The translations under genes were made by a program, and so were the position numbers. A stretch of DNA of 32,000 nucleotides from an uncultured Actinomycetes bacterium (GTDB lineage Bacteria; Actinomycetota; Actinomycetes; S36-B12; CAIYMF01), in NCBI GenBank assembly GCA_963843975.1, contig CAWJMG010000001.1, forward strand, positions 1,020,001-1,052,000. The letters run 5' to 3'. The notes under the pieces are model-generated. The model ran no database searches. It was not told the origin of the DNA and worked only from the letters and a program-made list of their open reading frames with translations. Positions within the stretch are counted from its first letter, which is position 1. Each line of letters begins with the position of its first letter. Shown one piece after another: positions 1 through 10,738 of this stretch.

Positions 1-41
1 CCGCCCACGGCCGTCACCGTCCGCACACCGAGGAGATCCGC

Positions 42-896
42 ATGTCCGTCGTCGTCACCGCCGCCTCCAGCCACCTGGGCCGTCACGTGGTCGAGTCGCT
101 GCTCGAGCGCGGCGTGCCCGCCGCCGAGATCACCGCCACCAGCCGCCGCACCGAGACGCTCGCCGACCTCGCCGAGCGCGGCGTGAACGTCATCGCAGCC
201 GACTACCACGACGCCGCCGGCCTCGAGGCCGCGTTCGCCGGTGCCGACAAGGTGCTCCTGGTGTCGAGCGGCTCCTTCGACGACCGCGCCGGCCAGCACC
301 GCAACGCCATCGCCGCGGCCAAGGCAGCCGGTGTGAAGCACGTCGTCTACACCTCGGGCCCGAAGGCCACGACGTCCTCGATCCTGCTGCTCGCCGACCA
401 CGCGGCGACGGAGAACGCGCTGGCGGAGTCGGGCCTCGCCTGGACCGCGCTGCGCGACGGCTGGTACGTCGAGAACTACACCGCCCAGGTGCCGACGTAC
501 CTCGAGCACGGCATGGTCGGCTCGGCCGGCGAGGGCCGCGTGAGCCTGGCGCTGCGCCGCGAGCTCGCCGAGGCCGCCGCGGTGGTCCTCACCACCGAGG
601 GCCACGAGGGCAAGGCCTACGAGCTCGGCGGCGAGGCCGTGACGCTTACCGAGCTCGCCGCGATCCTGTCCGAGGTCACCGGCTCGACGATCACCTACAC
701 CGACGTCCCGGTCGAGACCTTCCAGGGGATCCTGTCCGGCGCCGGCCTCCCCGACCCGCTGCCGCTGATCTTCTCCGACGTCGACCGCGGCATCGCCGCC
801 GGCGAGCTGTACGTCGACCCCAGCGACCTCGCAGCCCTGCTCGGCCGCCCGGCCACCGGCGTGGCCGACGCCGCCCGCGAGGCCCTCGCCGGCTGA
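42..896 (+). CDS. NmrA-like / SDR-family NAD(P)H-binding oxidoreductase (YtfG/QOR2-like)
   Basis: 284-aa ORF with strong GC3 bias. N-terminal Rossmann-type segment VVVTAASSHLGRHVV and the overall length fit NmrA-like proteins. GAGGAG Shine-Dalgarno sits just upstream of the ATG at 42. Confidence 0.8.
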   Translation: MSVVVTAASSHLGRHVVESLLERGVPAAEITATSRRTETLADLAERGVNVIAADYHDAAGLEAAFAGADKVLLVSSGSFDDRAGQHRNAIAAAKAAGVKHVVYTSGPKATTSSILLLADHAATENALAESGLAWTALRDGWYVENYTAQVPTYLEHGMVGSAGEGRVSLALRRELAEAAAVVLTTEGHEGKAYELGGEAVTLTELAAILSEVTGSTITYTDVPVETFQGILSGAGLPDPLPLIFSDVDRGIAAGELYVDPSDLAALLGRPATGVADAAREALAG

Positions 897-911
897 CCGG
901 ACCGCGGACGC

Positions 912-948
912 AGGAAGGGCGGGCGCGCAGTGCGCTCCCGCCCTTCCT
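912..948. terminator. GC-rich stem-loop between the oxidoreductase gene and tRNA-Ser (putative bidirectional terminator)
   Basis: AGGAAGGGCGGG (912-923) pairs perfectly with CCCGCCCTTCCT (937-948). It lies between the convergent 3-prime ends at 896 and 956. There is no U-tract, which is common in high-GC actinobacteria. Confidence 0.5.
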
Positions 949-955
949 CACGTGC

Positions 956-1043
956 TGGCGGAGGATAGGGGATTCGAACCCCTGAGGGGTTTCCCCCAAC
1001 ACGCTTTCCAAGCGTGCGCCCTAGGCCACTAGGCGAATCCTCC
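956..1043 (-). tRNA. tRNA-Ser (anticodon GGA)
   Basis: The reverse complement reads GGAGGAT-TC-GCCTAGTGGCCTAGGGC-GCACGC-TTGGAAA-GCGTGT-long variable arm-AGGGGTTCGAATCCCCT-ATCCTCC-G-CCA. It has a 7-bp acceptor stem, anticodon loop TTGGAAA, a class II variable arm, a canonical T-loop and an encoded CCA. Confidence 0.95.
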
Positions 1044-1112
1044 GCCGCAGAGGATACGGGGCCGAGGAGGGTCATCACCAAACCGGCCTCCGGAGCACCC
1101 CTCCGCCTGCCG

Positions 1113-1118
1113 TAGAGT
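1113..1118 (+). promoter_or_regulatory. Putative -10 hexamer (TAGAGT) for the SRP RNA gene
   Basis: TAGAGT (TANNNT class) sits 7-8 nt upstream of the first base that can pair in the SRP RNA terminal helix. Confidence 0.4.
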
Positions 1119-1120
1119 GG

Positions 1121-1217
1121 GCGCCGACCCCCCGTGTGGCGTCACCCTGCCGAACTCCCCCAGGGCCGGAAGGCAGCAAGGGTAAGCGGGCTCTGACGGG
1201 TGCGCGGGGGGTCACCT
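1121..1217 (+). ncRNA. ffs: Signal recognition particle RNA (small bacterial SRP / 4.5S type)
   Basis: Contains the helix-8 core CAGGGCCGGAAGGCAGCAAGGGTAAG, comparable to E. coli GGUCCGGAAGGAAGCAGCCAAGGCAG. The terminal helix GACCCCCCGTG (1126-) pairs with CGCGGGGGGTC (-1213). It sits next to tRNA-Ser, as is usual in actinobacteria. The ends are approximate. Confidence 0.85.
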
Positions 1218-1310
1218 CATTCCCGCGAGCGCCGTCCGGACTGCGTGCGGCGCGAGGCGCGCGGACGCTGCCTACGTGCCATCCGACGTTCGCCGCCTAG
1301 ACTCGATCAG

Positions 1311-1655
1311 GTGATCTTCAAGGGTGTGGGAGACGGGCGTCCGTACCCCGACCATGCCCTCACGATCTCCGCGTGGGCCGACGTCGCGCCCCGCCAGGTG
1401 CGGCTCGCCGACCTCGTCACCACCAAGCGCACCCTCGACCTCGAGACGCTGCTCGACGAGCAGTCGACGTTCTACGGCGACCTGTTCGCGCACGTCGTGA
1501 AGTGGCAGGGCGTGCTCTACCTCGAGGACGGCCTGCACCGGGCCCTGCGTACGGCGCTGCACGGTCGGCCCGTGCTGCACGCCCGGGTGCTCGACCTGGA
1601 CGACCCCGCCGCGCTCCGCGCGAGCGCCGGAACGACCCGTGGGGGAACTCGATGA
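1311..1655 (+). CDS. Conserved hypothetical protein (family not recognised)
   Basis: The C-terminal ~110 aa of the 1200-1655 ORF look coding (RPYPDHALTISAW...DLFAHVVKWQGVLYLEDGLHRALRTA). Its stop overlaps the next start (ATGA at 1652-1655). The start is uncertain: GTG 1311 or GTG 1326. The region upstream of 1311 overlaps or abuts the SRP RNA. Confidence 0.55.
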   Translation: MIFKGVGDGRPYPDHALTISAWADVAPRQVRLADLVTTKRTLDLETLLDEQSTFYGDLFAHVVKWQGVLYLEDGLHRALRTALHGRPVLHARVLDLDDPAALRASAGTTRGGTR

Positions 1656-2302
1656 GCATGCTCAGCGGAACGGTCATCGGCCCGAGCGGCGGCGGCCCGC
1701 GCCGGCGCCGCCCGTGGGCCACCGGGCTGCTCGTCGTGCTGATGATGGCCGTGGTCTTCGGCGGCACCTACGGCGCCGTCGTCCTCCTCCGCGGCGGCGG
1801 CAACGAGCCCGGCCCGGGCACGAGTTCGAGCGGCGCCACCCCCGACACCTGCGTGACGGTCACCGTCACCCCGGGCGCCGCACTCCCCGAGCCCGCCACC
1901 GTGACGGTCAACGTCTACAACGCGACTGACCGATCCGGTCTTGCACGCACCACGGCCGACGAGCTGAAGGCTCGGAAGTTCGGCATCGGCGCGGTGGCCA
2001 ACGACCCGCTCGGCAAGACCGTGGCTGGCGTCGCCGAGATCAGGTACGGCGTCAGCGGGGCCGACAACGCCAAGCTGCTGCGCTACTACGCGCCCAAGTC
2101 CAAGCTCGTGCAGGACAAGCGCACCGACGCCACCGTCGACCTCGTGCTCGGCGCGAAGTGGACCGCGGTGCCGCCGCAGAAGGCGGTCGACGCCGCACTC
2201 GCGAAGCCGGTCGAGTCGCCCGGCCCCGGCTGCCCGAGCCCGAGCGCCACGAAGTCGAGCACGACGTCGCCGAGCCCGAGCGCCACTCCGTCCGCGAGCT
2301 GA
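1652..2302 (+). CDS. LytR C-terminal domain-containing membrane protein
   Basis: The internal ATG at 1652 of ORF 1373-2302 gives MSMLSG...RRRRPWATGLLVVLMMAVVFGG (one TM helix). This is followed by VTVNVYNATDRSGLARTTADELKARKFGI...DLVLG, typical of LytR_C, and a Ser/Pro-rich tail. The sequence upstream of 1652 in this frame is Arg/Pro-rich off-frame text. Confidence 0.8.
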   Translation: MSMLSGTVIGPSGGGPRRRRPWATGLLVVLMMAVVFGGTYGAVVLLRGGGNEPGPGTSSSGATPDTCVTVTVTPGAALPEPATVTVNVYNATDRSGLARTTADELKARKFGIGAVANDPLGKTVAGVAEIRYGVSGADNAKLLRYYAPKSKLVQDKRTDATVDLVLGAKWTAVPPQKAVDAALAKPVESPGPGCPSPSATKSSTTSPSPSATPSAS

Positions 2303-2328
2303 CGCGCCAGTCCGTTCTTCCGGCGACC

Positions 2329-2353
2329 GCCTGAGATCGCTACGGCCTCAGGC
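2329..2353. terminator. Weak stem-loop between the convergent LytR_C and purL genes
   Basis: GCCTGAG (2329-2335) pairs with CTCAGGC (2347-2353). The palindrome CTGAGCGCTCAG follows at 2357-2368. Confidence 0.3.
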
Positions 2354-2364
2354 GAACTGAGCGC

Positions 2365-4646
<2,282 letters not shown>

Positions 4647-4650
<4 letters not shown>

Positions 4651-5318
4651 GCCTCGACGAGGCCCTTCAGGATCGAGGTGAAGAAGCCGAGGCCGTCGGT
4701 GGTCGGGCCGGTGAGGGCCTCGACGGCGTGCTCCGGGTGGGGCATGAGGCCGACGACGTTGCCGCGCGCGTTGCTGATGCCCGCGATGTCGCGGCGGCTG
4801 CCGTTGGGGTTGAGGTCGAGGTAGCGCGCGATCACGCGGCCCTCGGCCTCGAGCATGTCGAGCGTCTTCTCGTCGGCGACGTAGCCGCCCTCGCCGTTCT
4901 TCAGCGGGACGACGATCTCCTGGCCGACCTCGTACGACGACGTCCACGCCGTGTCGGTCGACTCGATCCGCAGCTTCTGGTCGCGGCAGATGAAGTGCAG
5001 GTGGTCGTTTCGGACCAGGGCGCCGGGGAGCAGGTGCGACTCGCACAGCACCTGGAAGCCGTTGCAGATGCCGAGCACCGGGAGGCCGCCGTTCGCGGCG
5101 TCGACCAGCGGGCTCATGACCGGCGCGAAGCGCGCGATCGCGCCGCAGCGGAGGTAGTCGCCGTACGAGAAGCCGCCGGGGAGGACGACCGCGTCGACGC
5201 CGTGGAGGTCGGCGTCGCCGTGCCAGAGGCTGACGGCCTCGCCGCCGGCGATGCGGACGGCGCGGGCCGCGTCCTGGTCGTCGAGCGACCCGGGGAACGT
5301 GACGACGCCGATCCTCAT
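4647..5318 (-). CDS. purQ: Phosphoribosylformylglycinamidine synthase subunit PurQ (glutaminase)
   Basis: [17 protein letters not shown]...[13 protein letters not shown]...[10 protein letters not shown]...GLMPHPEHA shows the class I glutamine amidotransferase Cys-His signature. ATG at 5318. Confidence 0.95.
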
Positions 5319-5564
5319 GCCGAGGTCTCGCGGATGACGTAGTCCTCGATCACGGGGTTCGAGAGCAGGGAGCCGGCGAGGTCGTGGACCTGCGCGAGGC
5401 GGGCCTCGTCGAGGTCGCCGTCGAGCCTCGAGGGTGAAGGTCTTGCCCTGGCGGACCGAGGTCACCCCCGCGAGGCCGAGGCGTCCGAGCGCCCCTTCGA
5501 CGGCCTTGCCCTGGGGGTCAAGGATCTCGGGCTTGAGCATGACGTCGACGACGACGCGGGCCAC
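5315..5564 (-). pseudogene. purS: purS (FGAM synthase subunit PurS), frameshifted by an apparent 1-nt insertion near 5425-5431
   Basis: GTG 5564 gives [46 protein letters not shown], then Arg/Pro-rich text. Shifting one base restores (V/L)[35 protein letters not shown] with a TGA overlapping the purQ ATG. The span is 250 nt (1 mod 3). Confidence 0.85.
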
Positions 5565-5762
5565 GGAGCGCTCCAGGGGGAGGTTCGGTCAGGCGGTATG
5601 CGTCATCCTATCGGGCGCTCCGGCCGCCCCCGACCAGCCCAGTCGCCCCAGGCGATTCGCCCCGCCGCTGCTGGCGGACTACCCACGATGTGGCTGCTTC
5701 CCGGCCCGTTCGGCCGTCACTTCACGACCGGACCGGGGGCGATTCCCGGGGTACGGCCTGGC

Positions 5763-6767
5763 TCAGCCGAGGCGGGCGGTGCCGGCTTCGGCCGCGCGGT
5801 TCCAGGCGGCCCAGGCGCTCGCGACCATCTCGGGCAGGTCGCGGGCCGCGCGCCAGCCGAGCTCGGCCTCGGCCTTGGCGCTCGAGGTGACGATGCGGTC
5901 GGGGTCGCCGGGACGGCGCGGGCCGACGTCGTACGGCACCGGGCGGCCCAGCACGTCGGCGACCGCGCCGATGATCTCCTTGACGCTCACGCCCTCGCCG
6001 CGGCCCAGGTTGTACGCCGGGGCCAGGGACTGGCCGGCGGCCAGGGCCCGCGCGGCCGCGACGTGCGCGGAGGCGACGTCGCTGACGTGGATGTAGTCGC
6101 GCACGCACGAGCCGTCCGGCGTGTTGTAGTCGTCGCCGAAGACCTGCGGCGTGCGGCCCTCGGTGACCGAGGCCAGCAGGATCGGGAACAGGTTGTGCGG
6201 GCTGGCGTCGTACACGACGGGGTCGCCCGAGCCGACGACGTTGAAGTAGCGCAGGCTCGTGTGGCGGAACGGGTCAGCACCCTTCAGCTCCGCGGCGCGC
6301 GCGACGTCGCGCAGCAGCCACTCGCCGATGAGCTTGCCCTCGCCGTACGGCGACTCCGGTGCCTTGGGCGTGTCCTCGGTGACGAGCTCGGTGTCGGGGG
6401 TGCCGAACACCGCGGCGCTGGAGGAGAAGACGACGTTGCGCACACCCTGCGCGACGCACTGCTCGAGCAGGATGCGCGTGCCCTCGACGTTGACGCGGTA
6501 GGAGTCGAGCGGCTCGCGGACGCTGACGCCGGCGTACTTCAGGGCCGCGACGTGCACGACGCCCTCGATGCCATGGCGGCCGAGAGTGCTTGCCACGACG
6601 AGGCGATCAGTGATGGAGCCACGGACGAGCTGGACGCCGTCCGGCACGAACTCGCTACGTCCGCTGCTGAGGTCGTCGAGCACGATCGTGTCGATGCCCT
6701 CCTCCGCGAAGGCACGCACCACGTGCGATCCGATGTAGCCAGCGCCGCCTGTCACAACCCACGTCAT
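5763..6767 (-). CDS. galE: UDP-glucose 4-epimerase
   Basis: 334 aa. It carries the N-terminal VVTGGAGYIGSH Rossmann motif and the extended-SDR YxxxK region (SPYGEGK). Length and layout are typical of GalE. Confidence 0.92.
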   Translation of the reverse strand: MTWVVTGGAGYIGSHVVRAFAEEGIDTIVLDDLSSGRSEFVPDGVQLVRGSITDRLVVASTLGRHGIEGVVHVAALKYAGVSVREPLDSYRVNVEGTRILLEQCVAQGVRNVVFSSSAAVFGTPDTELVTEDTPKAPESPYGEGKLIGEWLLRDVARAAELKGADPFRHTSLRYFNVVGSGDPVVYDASPHNLFPILLASVTEGRTPQVFGDDYNTPDGSCVRDYIHVSDVASAHVAAARALAAGQSLAPAYNLGRGEGVSVKEIIGAVADVLGRPVPYDVGPRRPGDPDRIVTSSAKAEAELGWRAARDLPEMVASAWAAWNRAAEAGTARLG

Positions 6768-6923
6768 GGGTCCACCCTAGGCCGCGCGCGGCGTGCGGTC
6801 ACGGCTCGCGTCCGCGTACAGGCGACCTCTCAGCGGAACGAAAGCGCTCGCTCAACGGATCGAAAGATCCCAGGAACCCCAACGAAAGACAGCCGCGTAC
6901 CAAACGAAGGCCCAGCGGTGAAA

Positions 6924-6970
6924 CTGATCAATCCGTCGTTTCTCGGCCCGGGAAGCGACGGATTGATCAG
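6924..6970 (-). terminator. Perfect 15-bp-stem hairpin downstream of purC
   Basis: CTGATCAATCCGTCG (6924-6938) and CGACGGATTGATCAG (6956-6970) are exact reverse complements with a 17-nt loop. The hairpin lies 15 nt past the purC stop and is followed on the minus strand by GTTTCACC. Confidence 0.5.
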
Positions 6971-6984
6971 TGCGGGCGATCGGG

Positions 6985-7878
6985 TCAGGCGAAGCGCTTG
7001 CCGGTGAGGCGCTCGTAGGCCTCGACGTACTTCGCGCGGGTCTTCTCGACGACGTCGTCCGGCAGCGCGGGCGGCGCCTCGCCGGAGTGGCGGTCCCAGC
7101 CGGAGGCGGGCGAGGTGAGCCAGTCGCGGACGTACTGCTTGTCGAACGACGGCTGCGCGTGGCCCGGCTCCCACTCGTCGGCCGGCCAGTAGCGGCTGGA
7201 GTCGGGGGTGAGCACCTCGTCGGCGAGCACGATCGTGCCGTCGGGGCGCGAGCCGAACTCGAGCTTGGTGTCGGCGAGGATCAGGCCTCGGTCGGCGGCG
7301 ATGGACGCCGCGCGGTCGTAGACGAGCGTGGTGAGACGGCGCAGCTGCTGCGCCTCGTCCTGTCCGATCGCGGCGACGACCTCGTCGAAGGTGACGTTCT
7401 CGTCGTGCTCGCCGAGCTCGGCCTTGGTGGCGGGGGTGAAGATCGTCTTGGGCAGCTTCGAGCCGTCCTTGAGGCCCGGCGGCAGGTTGACGCCGCAGAT
7501 GCTCGCCTGCGCGTTGTACTCGATGAGGCCGCTGCCGGTGAGGTAGCCGCGGGCCACGCACTCCACGGGGAACATGTCGAGGCGGTGGCAGACCATCGCG
7601 CGACGGGCCACGGCGTCGGGCACGTTGGTGGTGATCACGTGGTTGGGCACGAGGTCGCTCAGGCGGTCGAACCACCAGATCGACATCGCCGTGAGGATGC
7701 GGCCCTTGTCCGGGATCGGCGTCGGCAGCACCCAGTCGTACGCCGAGATGCGGTCGGAGGCCACGAACAGCAGCCGGTCGTCCGGCGTCGTGTAGAGGTC
7801 GCGGACCTTGCCGGAGTAGACGTGCGTGTAGCCCTCGGGGAGCTCGTACTCGGGGGTCGGTGCGACGGCGCTGCTCAC
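6985..7878 (-). CDS. purC: Phosphoribosylaminoimidazole-succinocarboxamide synthase (SAICAR synthetase)
   Basis: From GTG 7878 the product reads [51 protein letters not shown]...ADTKLEFG, the actinobacterial long-form PurC of about 297 aa. The start is chosen by homology-like N-terminus. The ORF track extends to 7977. Confidence 0.92.
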   Translation of the reverse strand: MSSAVAPTPEYELPEGYTHVYSGKVRDLYTTPDDRLLFVASDRISAYDWVLPTPIPDKGRILTAMSIWWFDRLSDLVPNHVITTNVPDAVARRAMVCHRLDMFPVECVARGYLTGSGLIEYNAQASICGVNLPPGLKDGSKLPKTIFTPATKAELGEHDENVTFDEVVAAIGQDEAQQLRRLTTLVYDRAASIAADRGLILADTKLEFGSRPDGTIVLADEVLTPDSSRYWPADEWEPGHAQPSFDKQYVRDWLTSPASGWDRHSGEAPPALPDDVVEKTRAKYVEAYERLTGKRFA

Positions 7879-7989
7879 GGGCGCGAGCCTATCGCCCGCC
7901 CGATTCCGCCCTCGCCGTACGCCGGGAACCCGGCCAGCGGTAGTCGAAACGGACGCTCTACACCGCGAAACGACCACCAGTGACGCGTC

Positions 7990-8923
7990 TCAGGGCTTGG
8001 GGGCCAGGGCTCGGACGGCACGGCTCGGGCTCTCGCGGCCGAGCTGCTCGGCCATCCAGACGCTGGTGGCGACGAGCTTCGGCAGGTCGACGCCGGTCTC
8101 GATGCCGAGGCCGTGCAGCATCCACACGAGGTCCTCGGTGGCGAGGTTGCCGGTGGCGCTCTCGGCGTACGGACAGCCGCCGAGGCCGCCCGCGGAGGAG
8201 TCGACCGACGTGACGCCGCAGCGCAGCGCCTCGAGGGTGTTGGCGAGCGCCTGGCCGTACGTGTCGTGGAAGTGCACCGACACCGCGCAGAGGTCGACGC
8301 CCGCATCGGCCAGCGCCGCGAGCAGCGCACGGGTGTGGCCAGGGGTCGCGACGCCGATCGTGTCGCCGAGGCTGAGCTCGGTGGCGCCGAGCGCCATCAT
8401 CCGCGTGCAGACCTCGACCACCTGCGCGATGGGGACGTCGCCCTCCCACGGGTCGCCGAAGCACATCGACACGTAGGCGCGCACCGGCAGGTCGCGCTCG
8501 CGGTAGGCAGCGACGACGGGCGCGAACATCTCGTACTGCTCGGCGATGGTGCGGTTGAGGTTGCGCTGCGCGAACGTCTCCGTCGCACTGCCGAACACCG
8601 CGATCTCGCGCACGCCGGCTTCGAGCGCGCGGGCCAGGCCGCGCTCGTTCGGCACGAGCACCGGCATGCGCAGCCCGTCGTACGCCGGCAGCGCGGCGAG
8701 CAGCGACTCCGCGTCGGCCAGCTGCGGCACCCAGCGCGGGTGGACGAAGCTCGTGGTCTCCACGGCGGTGAGGCCGGCGTCGACGAGGCGCGCAGATGAA
8801 CTCCGCCTTCACCTCGACGGGCACGATCGTCTGCTCGTTCTGCAGGCCGTCGCGCGGGCCGACCTCGTAGATCGTGACGCGCGACGGCAGACCCTCGAGC
8901 GGGACGGTCTGCGGCTCGCGCAT
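7990..8923 (-). pseudogene. Hydroxymethylglutaryl-CoA lyase, frameshifted (apparent 1-nt insertion near 8794)
   Basis: The N-terminus MREPQTVPLEGLPSRVTIYEVGPRDGLQNEQTIVPVEVKAEFI (frame of ORF 7958-8923) continues in the frame of ORF 7990-8763 as ...LVDAGLTAVETTSFVHPRWVPQLADA...HFHDTYGQALAN...GGLGGCPYA. Deleting one base gives EFIARLVDAG. The span is 934 nt (1 mod 3). Confidence 0.85.
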
Positions 8924-9057
8924 CGGTGCGACCTCCGGATCGGGCGTTGTGGCGCTGCGGCGGGCGACGTAGGCGTGCGCCGTACGGCGGCGGGTGGATC
9001 GCGAGCCGAGGGGGCGACGTGATCAGACGCTAACAGCGCCTGTCTATCCTGATCGAC

Positions 9058-9681
9058 GTGACGACGACGCCGACCGCGCCCGCCGCGGGTGGCACACGTC
9101 GCGAGCCAGCGTCGGCGGCACCTGAGGCGAGCAAGGGCACGCGCCGCGAGCAGATCCTGGCCACGGCCGCGGTCCTGTTCGCCGAGCGCGGCTTCAACGG
9201 CGTCTCGATCAACGACATCGGCGCCGCTGTCGGCATCAGCGGCCCGGCGCTCTACCGCCACTTCGCGAGCAAGGACGCCGTGCTCGGCGAGATGCTCGTC
9301 GGCATCAGCCAGCAGCTGCTCGACGAGGGGACGCGTCGGCGGGATGCCGCGGGGTCGCCGTCCGAGGTGCTGCCGTCGCTGATCGAGGCGCAGGTGGAGT
9401 TCGCGCTCGACCAGCCGGCGCTCATCACGGTCTACAACCGCGACGTCGCGAGCCTCGCCGAGGCCGACCAGCGCGAGGTTCGCCGGCTGCAGCGGGCCTA
9501 CGTCGAGATCTGGGTCTCGGCGATCTGCGACGGCGTGCCCGGCACCGATGCGCCGCACGCCCGCTCGGCCGCCCACGCGGCGTTCGGCCTCATCAACTCC
9601 ACGCCGCACAGCGCCCGCATCGACCGCACCGCCATGGCCGCCCTCCTCACCCGCATGGCCACCGCAGCCCTGACCACCTGA
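9058..9681 (+). CDS. TetR/AcrR family transcriptional regulator
   Basis: 207 aa with the helix-turn-helix region RREQILATAAVLFAERGFNGVSINDIGAAVGISGPALYRHFASKDAVL. It is divergent from the HMG-CoA lyase gene. GTG start. Confidence 0.9.
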   Translation: MTTTPTAPAAGGTRREPASAAPEASKGTRREQILATAAVLFAERGFNGVSINDIGAAVGISGPALYRHFASKDAVLGEMLVGISQQLLDEGTRRRDAAGSPSEVLPSLIEAQVEFALDQPALITVYNRDVASLAEADQREVRRLQRAYVEIWVSAICDGVPGTDAPHARSAAHAAFGLINSTPHSARIDRTAMAALLTRMATAALTT

Positions 9682-9698
9682 CCAACCGCTTCACATTT

Positions 9699-9764
9699 CT
9701 TCCCTTAGGGAAGGAAACGGCAGTTCAACTGCACGGATCCCGCCCAGAATCGTGATCTTGGTCG
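9699..9764. repeat. Copy 1 of a 66-bp direct repeat (starts with the palindrome CTTCCC-TTA-GGGAAG)
   Basis: 60 of 66 positions are identical to 9803-9868 by manual alignment. Confidence 0.85.
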
Positions 9765-9802
9765 ACATCGACATCGACGCGGCGACGGCGAACTTCGTTC
9801 TG

Positions 9803-9868
9803 CTTCCCTTAGGGAAGGAATCTGCCGTTCAACTGCACGGATCCTGCCCAGAGCCGTGATCTTGGTCG
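9803..9868. repeat. Copy 2 of the 66-bp direct repeat
   Basis: Same unit as 9699-9764. The copies are separated by 38 bp containing short CATCGA / GGCGAC repeats. Confidence 0.85.
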
Positions 9869-9970
9869 GTGCTGGGCGCGGCGTACGGCGGCACCTCTCG
9901 GGCATAGGTCGGGCGCGCGTGCGGTTGCAGCCACATCGGTCGGACGTCGGCCACCTCCGGAGGGATCGCC

Positions 9971-10279
9971 ATGACGGCGCAGGTCACGCGCAACGACGAC
10001 GCCGCCCGCTACGAGGCGCACATCGACGGCGCGCTCGCGGGCTTCGCGCAGTACCAGCTCACCGACGACCTCATCGTGTTCACGCACACCGAGGTCGACC
10101 GCGCGTTCGAGGGCCAGGGCGTCGGCTCGGCCATCGCCCGCGCCGCGCTCGACGACGTCCGGGCGTCGGCGCAGCGCAAGGTCCTGCCGGTCTGCCCGTT
10201 CATCTCCGGCTGGATCGGCAAGCACCGCGACTACACGGACCTCGTGTACGGCGCACCGAGCAGCACCGCCACCGACTGA
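9971..10279 (+). CDS. GNAT-like small N-acetyltransferase (YjdJ-type domain)
   Basis: 102 aa: ...YEAHIDGALAGFAQYQLTDDLIVFTHTEVDRAFEGQGVGSAIARAALDDVRASAQRKVLPVCPFISGWIGKH. This matches the single-domain GNAT_YjdJ pattern. GGAGGG Shine-Dalgarno lies before the ATG. Confidence 0.8.
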   Translation: MTAQVTRNDDAARYEAHIDGALAGFAQYQLTDDLIVFTHTEVDRAFEGQGVGSAIARAALDDVRASAQRKVLPVCPFISGWIGKHRDYTDLVYGAPSSTATD

Positions 10280-10303
10280 CCGCGGTACGTCGACCCGCCT
10301 CGA

Positions 10304-10738
10304 TCAGTAGCGGCGCAGCTCGACGTACGGCACGGAGTCGCCGTCGAGCACGTACCTGTCGACCTCGACGAAGCCGCGCCGCAGCGCGAACTCCAGGCCG
10401 TCGAGGTTCGTCCCCAGCACGACCGTCTGCACCGTGCCGCTGAGGCCGCGCATGCAGTGCGCGTAGAGCGCCCGGCCGAAGCCCTGCCCGCGCAGCTCCG
10501 GCAGCACGCGGACGATCACGGTCACCGGCTGGTCGTCGGCAGCGGGCCGCACGGTCGAGCAGCCCACGAGCTCGACCCCTGAGTAGGCCACCTCGAGCCG
10601 GTTGCGCGTCGCGCGCTCGGCGACGTCCGACTCGCTGAGCGGGTCGACGGGGATCACCACGTTGTGCACGTGCCGCCAGTCGCGACGACGGACGTCGGTG
10701 TCCGCGGGCACGACGAGCAGCGGCTCGGCATCGCTCAT
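10304..10738 (-). CDS. GNAT family N-acetyltransferase
   Basis: Carries the acetyl-CoA motif VRVLPELRGQGFGRALY. The start is taken at ATG 10738 (MSDAEPLLVV). The ORF-track start at 10774 is a TTG and less likely. Confidence 0.8.
   Translation of the reverse strand: MSDAEPLLVVPADTDVRRRDWRHVHNVVIPVDPLSESDVAERATRNRLEVAYSGVELVGCSTVRPAADDQPVTVIVRVLPELRGQGFGRALYAHCMRGLSGTVQTVVLGTNLDGLEFALRRGFVEVDRYVLDGDSVPYVELRRY

Noticed and set aside
5598-7007. 469-aa plus-strand ORF
   Set aside because: It is antisense to galE, has no recognisable motifs and shows shadow-ORF composition.
7879-7989. purC leader examined for a ZTP or other purine-responsive riboswitch
   Set aside because: It contains CACUGGUGG and a TAGAGC -10-like hexamer, but no hairpin plus pseudoknot arrangement resembling a known riboswitch class. 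More likely it is just a promoter.
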